A DNA stretch of 64,000 nucleotides from Marsupella aquatica (lineage: Eukaryota > Plantae > Marchantiophyta). The translations under genes and the position numbers were made by a program. Each line of letters opens with the position of its first letter. Within the stretch, counting starts at the first letter, position 1. The stretch covers positions 20,277,224 to 20,341,223 of the forward strand of contig OZ316897.1 in NCBI GenBank assembly GCA_973895155.1, given 5' to 3'. This document shows positions 1 to 11,477 of this stretch, one piece after another. The notes under the pieces were generated by a model, which ran no database searches, was not told where the DNA came from, and was given only the letters and a program-made list of their open reading frames with translations.

Positions 1-240
1 AAACCTCTGTCCCATTTTGGTTCTTGTTGACTCCACCCGTCCATTGGAAGAAGTCTTTGTCTCACATCTTTTCCTTCGAGTCAAAAAGGTTTGAGGGGCC
101 TACAGCCCAAAACAAATACCACCTGGTGCGGCGGTAAAGGCAGGGTACATAATTTTTGGTTTATTTCATAGCCTCACAATTTTCCATCAGATTCAATCTC
201 GGACATAAAATCAGAGAAAGTGGGACAAGTTCACTTTAAA
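1..240 (+). repeat. Dispersed direct repeat (other copy at about 10586-10824), truncated by the window edge
   Basis: Shared text such as gggcctacagcccaaaacaaataccacctggtgcggcggtaaaggc and atcagattcaatct..ggaca occurs at both sites. Confidence 0.85.
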
Positions 241-1812
241 ATGCCTATGTTTCTAAATTCTGCAACTCATCCTCACGAAACAGCCACTCACCACCAATTC
301 TGCTTAAAAATTGGAATGAATTCATTTTGATTTATTGCCAAAAAGAACCTTCCCTTCCTCTACAGTGTATGCTATTTTGTAAGTTCTGCGTTGTCGGGGC
401 TATGGTAAATACCGTAGTCATCATTAGGTTCGCAGTCACTAACCGCATAACATTAATTTAAGGTCGTTTCCACCTGCTGCGATCCCGTGGCTTATTTTTT
501 CCTGGCCGTTGATGATCCTAGTATCGATATATCAGTGTTTTCACGTGAGCCTGCCCTAAACCCTTTGTTTGCAGCGTCATCTGGGTTTCTCTTCCTGTTC
601 GCGGTGGAGGCAATGACGAATGTTGTGTTCGTAGCAGCGATGGATTCCTGGGAGATTTTGCGGATTGGCGCGTCGATAGGGTTTGTTTGGAGATTTCGCG
701 AGCGGCGGGAGTTAGATTGTGGCTGAATGGAAGGTTTCGCAAGTGCCACGACTGCTCATTTCGATCGTCGATGTGAATCGGTTCAATTTAGAGTTGAAGT
801 GGGAGTTGAAGACCTTCATAGAATCATGTGTTTGCGACTGTATCCAGCCTTTTAGTGTGCCATTTACAATTTGATGTCCCATAAGTGCTTGTATGTTTGA
901 TTTGTAGCTCCATTACTCTCTTCTTTCTAGGTATGTTGAAGTGTACAGTCTTTCGTGTTGTACATTACAGGCATCTGAGGAGTTGCGTGCAGATTGGACA
1001 AGGCAAGTGCATTCCACATGAATTGCAACGCAGGTAGTAGTTGTATTTCTTTCACATTCTTGAAGTGCAACTCTTTTTCATATGTGAATGTTGACGGCTC
1101 TTCACTGATTGACTGTCGAATTCTGGTTGAATGCAAGCGTGAGGGGATTTGTAATTGAATTAGCAGCTATGGAGGGAAGGGCTGCAAGATGGTGAGGAAA
1201 AGAAGCGGGAGTAAGTGCTGCCTCAAACCTTGCATGGATTTGTCATGGTCGGCTTTGTATAAGTAGTGGTTGTGGTGACTTACCTTCTCAATATCTGTCA
1301 CGCATTCACAGAGAAATTGCTCAAAGTGGAATGCCAATTTCCCAAGCATTTCATACCGCTGGTCATGTTGTAGTTGGAACTTTAGAGCTTCAACCCTCTC
1401 TATTAAACCACTGGTAGACTTCTATTGGTCCTGATTAGCCCAATGATTAGCCCAATTGCACACCTTCTGATAAATGCCCTGGCTTGCCAAATTTCAGCCA
1501 CTAGAAAGAAACTTGACCCTTAATGAAATTGCAATAAAATTACAGAGTCTCAACACGTACATTTTCAAGTTTGTCTCAAGTTATCAGTTGTTTGCCACGT
1601 CCTTGTTATTTCTACAACTATGTCTTCCTCCTAGTTAGGTTGCCCTGGCCCCTTCATTTAGGTATATTTCCCTTAGCCTCCTAGAATTGTGAGGACCTAT
1701 TTTAAAGATGTGTTGTAGGCAATGATTATACCACAATGTCAAAGGAAAGCTATAGCCAAACATAACTCCATTTGGCCATTGCAGAATTGGCACAAAAATG
1801 AAGCTTCAACTA

Positions 1813-1817
<5 letters not shown>

Positions 1818-1849
<32 letters not shown>
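1818..1849. repeat. (CT)n microsatellite
   Basis: Uninterrupted tc dinucleotide run of about 16 units. Confidence 0.95.
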
Positions 1850-1854
<5 letters not shown>

Positions 1855-2839
1855 TGCTCATCAGCAACAATCGTGTGCAACCAAGTCATCTACATTAGCG
1901 TGAGACCCCAATAAGTTAACCAGAACAAGAGGCCATGGCTCTACTTGTCGAGGCAACAATCAATACCATGCCAGCACAGTTCACTAATTAAATGACATAG
2001 GATACACCAGGAATGACCCAGCTGCTGATTCATAATAAACCCCAGGGTTTATCTGGGCAGAACCTGGTTTCATGCCTCAAATCCAATTTTCCAAGCGGGA
2101 AACTAAAATGTTATTTAGTCTCGACACAGGCCAGGTGAAAAAGGGACCTTCATTTGCTGTAGTTTCATGTAAATAATTGCTGTTGTTTGTTTTGGATGAT
2201 GTCATAGATAGAGGTGAACAGCGAAAACATTTTAAATGATTGAAGAGAACCAAACATCTTATTGTAGTTTTTTTAATTCCTTTACCAAAAAAGTCCTTAT
2301 ATCATGTTCAGAAAACTCTCCGTTAACTACATCCAATAGTTTAGTTTTGACATGCATGGATCTCATCTCCTTTGTAAATATGGTTCTCTTCACAAACAAA
2401 CATATAATTAAAGATTTCCAAATTTCCAAATAGTTGTTGCTGGAACATTTGTAGCTGGGCAAGAACAACCTACTCTACTCTTCTACTTTACTGTGTCACT
2501 TTGCAACAACCTTGCTTGTCTAGCTGGTAGACCAAGTGGTTCAAACCTTGGAAACCCAGGTTTTGAAACTTGACACATCCCATGTGGGCGGTTGGGCATG
2601 GCCTCTACCCTGTCCCAAAGTCTGGTGCACTGTGCTAGGCCTAGGCTTTTGCGCCAGTCGGACACGCACCTGGTCACCCCTTGCTTCTTTCTCCCTCCCC
2701 ATCAAGAGACTATTTTGTCCATCTAGAGCCTGGCTTTGCTCCATTATCATGATGGTAACTTGATGGTAACTTTAATTCAGCTGAGTCTCTCCTCACCAGG
2801 GCAGGTATCCAGTTCCCAAACTGAGTGTCCCCCGTGTGC

Positions 2840-5800
2840 TCATTCACACTGGCATTTTCTCCGGTAACAGCGTCCTCTACGTCGTTTATGTGTACAGCCA
2901 AATTGATGTTCATCGGACTGAATCCAGCCTAATCCTTGCAGTACCGAGTCAGAAAGGAATCCACACGCATGAACATGTAGCGCGAATCCGTCTGTCGGAG
3001 CTATTTGGCAGGAATGCTCCGGTGGTGCCGCTCTTCTCGTCGCAGTGCTTCTGTCTCCATGAGGCCAGAAGTTCCTTCCCAAACTATCGGGTAGACTGTT
3101 CAAACTCTTGCATCTGCGAAGCATCACGAGTCTCAGGGATGACATGCGCCCTAAACTGTCCGGAAGGGTCTCTACATTTCCACAACAGACCACCCGAAGG
3201 GTTTCTAGAGACCCAAGGTTACCAAGTTCTTCCGGTAAACTCTTCAGCATTTTCGCCCGAACATTCAGTTTCTTCAGCGCTTGAAGCTGCCCCACGCTCA
3301 CCGGGACTCGTTGCAACCTATCCGCCCTTATAACCAAATCTAATAGTGAAGAGAGGTTCCCCAAACTGTCCGGTAGCTCCTCAAGCTCGTCAGCCCCGTT
3401 TATCCTTAACGTCTTCAGAGCCGAGAGCTGGCCGAAATTATCTGGCAATCTTGCCAATTTGCTGCAGCCGCCCAATATCAGTTCTTGCAGGGCAGAGAGA
3501 CGACCAAAACTCTCGGGCAGTCTCACAAGACTTGGACAGTTAGACAGACTCAGCGACACCAGCGAGACTAAATTCCCAAATTCATCGGATAGCGCCTCCA
3601 GCTCCCAGGCCGCTCGTATGGTCAATTGTTCAAGAGCCCTGAGTTGGCCGAAATTGGCAGATAATCTCCGTAACCTGTAACACCTTTGTAGATCTAATTT
3701 TTTCAGGGCCGAGAGATTCCCGAAACTCTCGGGCAATCTTCCAACACGACTACAGTCATAGAGATGCAAATATGCGAGGGCAAGTAAATTCCCAAAGCTT
3801 TCAGGTAGGCCCTCCAGGTTCTCTGCCCCTTCTATCTTCAAGCTTGTCAGGGCCCTGGATTGGCCAATACTTTCCGGCAGCGTCTTTAGTTGCGTACAAT
3901 GAATCAGCTCAAGTTCTTGCAAGGACAAAAGACTCTCAAAACTGGCAGGCAGCCTCTCTAGACTGACACACGCTTTTAGAGATAGAGATGTCAGGGAACA
4001 TAAGTTCTCATGCAGTCCGAATTGTCTCACTTCTGTAGGCTCTTGACAGCTCAGCCTCCGGCAATCCGCGATGCGCAACTCTTTCAGCGAGGAGAGGTGC
4101 CCGAAGGATTCGGGCAGACTTGCAAGCCCGTCACATTCAAGAATGTCTAATGTTGCCAGGGAAGAGAGATTCCCAAAAGATTCGGGGAGACTTGCAAGCC
4201 CCTCGCAACCATGAATGACTAATGATGCCAGGGAAGAGAGACTCCCAAAAGATTCGGGCACACTTGCAAGCCTGCCACAATAACGAATGACTAATGATGC
4301 CAGGGAAGAGAGACTCCCAAACGATTTGGGGAGACTTGCAAGCCCCTCGCAACCACGAATGACTAATGATGCCAGGGAAGAGAGACTCCCAAACGATTCG
4401 GACAAACTTGCAAGCCTGCCACAATCACTAATTTCTAATGATGCCAGGGAAGAGAGATTCCCAAAAGATTCGGGGAGACTTGCAAGCCCCTCGCAACCAT
4501 GAATGCCTAATGATGCCAGGGAAGAGAGACTCGCAAAAGATTCGGGCAAACTTGCAAGCCTGCCACAATAACGAATGACTATTGATGCCAGGGAAGAGAG
4601 ACTCCCAAAAGATTCGGGCAAACTTGCAAGCCTGCCACAATAACGAATTTCTAATGATGCCAGGGAAGAGAGACTCCCAAACGATTCGGGCAACCTTGCA
4701 AGCCTCCCACAATCACAAATGACTAATGATGCCAGGGAAGAGAGACTCCCAAACGATTCGGGCAAACTTGCAAGCCTGCCACAATCACGAATGACTAACG
4801 ATGCCAGGGACGAGAGATTCCCAAAAGCCTCCGGCAGCTCCACAAGTTCTGGAATCTGCCGTAAGACTAAATGTTTGAGGTGCGGTAGGTTGCCGAAAGA
4901 AGGCCACAGTCCTGTCCAGCTGATCTTCGTCAACTCCAACCGTTTCAGTTGGTACAGATGACCGAAATTGTCCGGCAGATGGGAATGGCCAGATATATAA
5001 GAGAGCGATAAAATGCGCAGGTTGCTGAGCTTCCCCAATGCCTCAAGACTTTCCTCCGGGATCTCCCAGCCTTCAAGCTGTAAGACAGCTAGTTTTGTCA
5101 TGTCCTCCAGACTGTGAGGGAGGACACGGAGTTTTTTCATGTCCTCCAGACTGTTAGGGAGGACGCCGGTGGGAAAAGTAGTGCTTTTCAGTAAGCAAAG
5201 CTTCCTTGATAAGGTGTCGATGCACCCTTCGTGTAAATCCCGCACCTGCAAATACTTTAGTACCTGAAACTCTGGCATTTGAGAGGGGTTTTTTAACATT
5301 AACTCCGAGAATTGCAGAGTAATTGTCTGTACTTGCACCTGTTGAAAAAAGTACAAGTTAGATTAGACCTTCTTGTGCCGAAAAGGTTCAATACTTAAGC
5401 ATCGAATAAATGTAAACAGATATTGCATTACACTAATGACTTAATTATAATTCTTTCAGAAACATAATTCGGGAATCTATCGCTTCCAAGAAAACTCTAC
5501 AAACTGTTGGCATTTATTTCATCAAACTGCATACTAAGACATAACCGACACTTATTTTGGTCTCAAAGTTTCTGGTTCAGTACTTACCGCATTTGCATTG
5601 ACAACATCCACTGCCCCCTTGGAGAGATGATTGGCCAAATCACGCAGGTGTTCGTGCACCCACACTTGCTTGTACTTGATCCGCTTCCGTCTTTTCATGT
5701 CAACTTCCTTGACCAAGGATGTCCTCAGCAAGTTGGCCCACCCGGATTCTGAATCTCCAAAAGCAGTGCTCCAAGCAGCAACGGCTGTCTCCACCGGCTC

Positions 5801-8800
5801 CTCAAAGAAACATGTCCCAGCTTCGATAAACATTCCTTTCTCTCCGGGCGACAGCGCATCATAGCTCACTCTCAATGAACTCCACACTCTGTCCTTATCA
5901 AGGCCACCAACAGATTCAGCTCTACGCAGCTTGCCTAATGTCTCCTTCCAGACCGTAGCATTAGTCTTGTGGTCCCGAAGATAGCACCCCAGTACTTCGA
6001 GCGTCAATGGTAAGCCGGCGCATTTCTCAACCACTTCCTTCACGCTTTCTTCCAAGTGACGATTCACTTTGGTAAGATCCTCCGGAATTCCTTCTTGCTG
6101 AAATGCATGATGGCAAAAGAGCTTCTTTGCCTCGTTAGACTTGAGAAATTCAACGTCATAGATGGCACAATTTGGAAAAATATTCAAAACGCCCTTATCA
6201 CGAGTGGTAAAGATCAGTCGACTGCCACTGCCAAACTCATCCATTCTAGGCAGAATTCTGACTTGACTTTCCGAGTCAATATCGTCCATCGCGATCAGAG
6301 ACTTCTTCTTCTGAAGATGAGACCATTGCAACGAATTATGGTCCACCCTATTTCCTTTCCGAAGAAACTGGTTGAGTACCCAATCCTTCAATTCGTGCAC
6401 CTTCATGCCTTTGACATTTTCCACAAAACATGTGTATTCGTATTGTGGAGAGATATTGTTGAATAGCTCCTTAGCAATAGTGGTTTTCCCGATGCCACCC
6501 ATACCCACAATTCCTAGAACTGGAGTAATTGTTAACTTCTGTTGAACCTTGAAAACACGGCTCTCCAAAGCCGTAGGGTAACCTGGAAGCCCATACACCA
6601 TTGCCTGGAAAGATCGATACAACACGTCAATTCTCTCATATCATTATGGAAAGGAAGTTTAGAAAATTGTCTCCAGTGACATAGAGATGTCGTCCACAAT
6701 TTCTTCCTGTTCCTAGTACTGCCTTTCTTCTGCACCTGCACCTGTCGAAGCTACCTTCAAATCAATACTTCGTAGTGATTAGCAGAGGAACTCTAAAGTC
6801 GTATACAGTACTCCTTTCTGACGATGGGAATCGCTCTCATGGGAGTGCGATTGGGATAAATTCAGCTAGCGCATGCAATAACTCTATCAAAGTTATATCT
6901 TTTCGAATGTCTTCCATTTCTCTCCTACCAGAAGGTCTCTACAGCGCCTGGAAGAAGCATTTGAAGCATGCAATGCTATGATTACAATTGACGGAAACTA
7001 GACGGAACGGACAACTTAGACTCTGATTTGCCAAGAGGAGCACGCTTTGAAGGTTGAAGTAATCTGTCCAAACTGAAAAGAATGAGAAATAATCCAATAG
7101 TAGTTGACTCCTTCTGACAAACAAAAGATAAAAACTTCTGTGCATGAAAGTTCACTTTTTAAAATAATGGTTACCCAGGTGGGACAAATTTTAACCAGCC
7201 AATGGACATCGTTGTTTTTTCTCATGTTGCTGGCAGTCGATGCAGATATTAAACACATATTAACAGAACAGTAAATAACTTGCAGTAGAGAAACGTAACT
7301 CCACCCAATACAAATAATCTATTTCAGGGATCGAGGTACGTATACTCCACCTTTGAATCAGAAACAACGCCCTGGAGAAACTCTGTTAGAGCAGAGAAAC
7401 TTCTACAAGTCTTGTCCAGCGGTCTGCAGACAGAGATGTGGTCTGCGCTTCCCACAGTGTTGAAACTAGTGCCATATCTTGCAGATCCTTCTTTAACAAC
7501 TACACCACTAAAACCTCCCTGCAAAAAAGTTAAACCAAAGAAGATATGTCATATATAGCATAACAAATCTCCTTCCTATGACTCTCATCGAGCCCTTGGC
7601 TGATCCTCTGCATACTTGATGTGTCAACCAGCAGTAAATAAAAAACTATAGATAGATATGATGACGATGCAGTACCGAACCCAGTCAAGTTCACATGCAA
7701 ATTCAATACACCAAGCTCCATATCACTACTTCTGTCAATGTGTCATCATGATTGATATCTTTGATTGCACTTTTGAAAGCTGTTGTGATTCCATTCATAC
7801 TATACATGGGGAATTATGTTGAGCATGTGTGAACCTTAGATTTTCAAAATAGTAAGTTGGACATTCAAGGATCATTTGTCCCCACCGATCAGGGCCGCAG
7901 GTTCAAATAGTATTGAGACGTCAAAATATGGGGATTAGATAATGATTTGCTCACAAATCTTGTTTATTTTACAGTTCCAACGGCTCCATGGCCATTTGAC
8001 GCAACATCCATCGACGCAGACGTCCGTTAGGAAAAACCGTGCGAAGAGAAGTCCGTATTGAAGCCAAATTGGGTACTTTTGACTGAATGCATGCATAGTG
8101 GATTGTTTCCCATCACAAATTATAACTAGAATTGGCGAATATATAACTTTGCATATCCATTCTTTCAATCAAGTACAAGTGGAACTACTTCTTACCGATT
8201 TGGTTGGGAGACTTTCTCCGACTCCTGCAATTTGCCACATCTTGTATAGTCCATCTTGTACGTGGACAAGATTGTCAAAGTAGAAATTGACTCTTGCTCT
8301 TGGTGTACTGAGAGTTTTCACATATTCCAAGAGAGGACCTTCACCCACAAAATGTTGAGCTATGCGGCTGGAGACTCCTTGATGCGGTGTAGAATAGAAA
8401 AAGATCCCCTTTACATTTTCCAAAAATGCAGTTAGCTGAAAGTATTTCTCAGAATTTCTCGTCAAGCGGCCTGCTGTGCTTGACGCATACACGCATATGT
8501 CCTTTATGACTAAGCCCCCAAAACTATGACCAACCAATACGACAGGGCGGCAGCGTTCTTGTCCGATCTTTGCAGTCAGAAGATCTGATGTCAAGTTCTC
8601 ACTTATGAGATGCATGTCAATCGTTCCACCTTCACAACTCTTAATAACACTAGCATCGTAAGAAACAGACAGAATGCGGGCATCGGGAAACTTCTCCACC
8701 AGCCAAGTTTGTGGCCAAATGGAGGATCCGTCCCTACATTTCCACGTAGACAAATGGGCATCTTCATATTCCCCGTGTTGGAATCCATGGAAAAATAAGA

Positions 8801-9285
8801 CTTCCATGCTTGGTTGGCCGGGCGGGCTATACAATTCGTACACAGAGGCGTTCAATGGAGACACCTGATAACGCAAGCCAAAATAATCCAAGTTAATTCT
8901 CTGTGGACAATTTCGTACAAAATGCGAAATCAGCTGGGACAAGATTGTATAAATTTCAGAGATGAGAGACTGAGACGCGTCACAAACTGTAATCTTGCCA
9001 CCCCTGTGACAAAAGAAGCACAGTTTAGGTCCCACCATTCACAAGGTAGTATAGAGAGATCACCACCAAGTCTATGTTGGAAAGTACCTGACCAGCGTCG
9101 GCTGGGATTTTCGAGGGCAGACGGAGCAATTTATTTCTCTTCTGGAACACGGCACTTGCAGCTACGGGTACAGCTACGGCCGCACAAGTTGCAACAACTG
9201 CAACGAGCCGGGTGAGAAAACCCATGGCAATGCAGCACAAAAGGACTGTCCACAGCATTACCATGAGCCGGTTTGGAAAACTCAT
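2840..9285 (-). CDS. HNL-type NLR immune receptor (alpha/beta-hydrolase + NB-ARC + LRR), copy 1; predicted exons 9285-9088, 8864-8196, 7518-7351, 6604-5588, 5338-2840 (about 1516 aa)
   Basis: Hydrolase motifs FFHG, LVGHSFGG (nucleophile elbow), FFYSTPH, DHISVC. NB-ARC motifs GMGGIGKTT, LIAMDDID, GSRLIFTTRD, CAGLPLTL and VHEHLRDLA (MHD equivalent). 24-aa LRRs follow. All four introns read GT..AG and join in phase 0. The start codon and the exon 3 donor are less certain. Confidence 0.9.
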
Positions 9286-10309
9286 AGCGATACGGCGCAA
9301 AAGTTAAAGAAAGCTCAGACTAAAACCCTGCCGCAACCTCGAAAACTAATTGACTAAAGTGTTCGTTCGGAATCACTACAGAGATTCGGGACATGTTATT
9401 GTTGAGTGCCTGCAGCTGGACGAAAACAGAATGGTCCGGGGGTGCAGCACGGTCACTTTAGCTGTTTCTGATGCATCGACGTCGTTGCCCTCATCTGCTT
9501 AGAAGTAGTACAACATGGCAGAAACCCCGCAGTTTGCACTCACGCACATCGACGTTTCTTCGGGAAGCAGTGCTTCGTCAAGGCTCTCAAGCTCTCCATT
9601 GGGGTTCCGAAAGTTGGCATCATGATCTTCCTTTTCGCCACGACTAAAATGTCGTCCTCGTTTTTGCTCTCTGTCGGTGCTGCTAGATTCTCGATCGATG
9701 TTCTGCCGAGTTTGTGTGCACTGGACAGTACTCGACAGTTCCTCGATGTTAGTTCACTCCAATCATACACTGTGTAGTCTTTACAGTGTTTTGACTTTAG
9801 TCTCACAGCATCTATTTGAGTCGACCGAAAATATTTTAAGTTGACAAATTTATGGGGCCTCTTTACGTCACTCAGGCCTATGTCTTAGCCCCACATTTTT
9901 CAATCCTTCAATCTCAGCCATACAATCAGAGAAAGTGGGTCAGGAACCAGCTCGGGAGGATTATTGGTGTAGCCCTACAGTAGTTACCAGAGGATTGGGA
10001 CCTGTGACCAAAAGAACTATTGTTCAATTCGAGATGATGTGTATGCCTTTCACTCCCACTATAGATAAGCATTGTTAGTGGTTGAGTGGATTGACCTACC
10101 CTTGTCATTGCCATGATTCTCAGGCGAGCATGGCAATGTTGCCCCGGGCCATCTTGGCTCTAATCTTTGATCTTGCTCTTTGCATCTACATAGCCTGCGG
10201 CCAGATCTTCCATGTGTGGGTGGCTTGCTTTCTAGTCCTCATCAAGACCCCATGTTTGACACTTCATTGTTAGGTGAAGTGCTCATTTGGAGGCCAAAAA
10301 GAAAAGAAA

Positions 10310-10824
10310 ATACACAAGTTCACTTTGAAAAACTTCTGTCCCGTTAAATAGATTTGTGTTTTCTCAGGAGAATTTCACTTTTAAAAAACATCTGTCCCAT
10401 TTAGAATTGTGTTCTCTCAGGACAATTTCACTAAACTTCTGTTGCATTTAGAATTGTGTTTTCTCAGGACAATTTCACATTAGAAAACATCTTGTCCCAT
10501 TTAGAAATGTGTTTTCTCAGGACAATTTCACTAAATCTCTGTTCCATTTAGATTTCTGTTTTCTCAGGGCAATTTCACTTTAGAAAACCTCTGTCGCATT
10601 TTGGTTCTTGTTTTCTGCACCCTGTCCATTGGAAGAAGTCTGTCTCACATCTTTTCGTTTGAGTCAAAAAGGTTGGACGGGCCTACAGCCCAAAACAAAT
10701 ACCACCTGGTGCGGCGGTAAAGGCCTCGGTACATAATTTCAGGTATATTTCATGGCCTCATATTTTTCTATCAGATTCAATCTTGGACACACAATCAGAG
10801 AAAGTTGGTCAAGTTCACTTTAAA
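10310..10824 (+). repeat. Tandem array of about 53-60-bp units followed by the second copy of the repeat at 1-240
   Basis: About five units of ctgtcccatttagaattgtgttttctcaggacaatttcact, then the conserved block shared with 1-240. Confidence 0.8.
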
Positions 10825-11477
10825 AAGCAAAAGTGCACATCCACCCCCACTATCATACAAATAGGCATTTCCAGGGCATTTTCATCCTAGATGCTTTTGT
10901 GATTATTTGAGTGAAGCTTATTAATGATTCATCCATGCAAAACTTACCACCTAAATATTTACTATAATGTTCATTAATCCAAAAGTGCCCAAAAGTTTGA
11001 GGAAATTAAAGCTTACTAAGCTCCCACCACCAGTTGGCCCAAGTCAAATTTGCAACCATCTTAATGGAGGACTTTACTAATAAAATGGGGTGAAGACCTC
11101 CTGCAAATATGAGACTGTTTGAGTCATTGCCCATCAGCCTTCTAGTACATAATGGCATTCAGATTCAGAATCATGTACCAATTCTCAACAATAGATTTAA
11201 CTCTCTCCAAGTGCACACTCCCAGGAAGAAGCATCCGTTGTGTACTAAATGGGGGTTTGCACTACTTGATAAGTGCAAACCTGAAGGATTATGCACTTAT
11301 TCATAAAAGAACATTCTTTGTCAGTGATTAGTCTTGCGACTCACAACCCAAATTGTACATCCCTCCCCTAAATTTGGTGCCCACCCCATAAGTGCAATTT
11401 TTAAGTCTACTAAAAGCAGGCATGCACATATCAGTTAAATGCAATTTATTGGGATTGGGCACTTCCCGATAAGAGTA

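Noticed and set aside
487-1349. Short ORFs near the window start
   Set aside because: No motifs and no consistent exon chain.
3346-6466. Plus-strand ORFs overlapping the LRR and NB-ARC exons (same in 45458-48758)
   Set aside because: Antisense shadows of the HNL coding sequence with no independent motifs.
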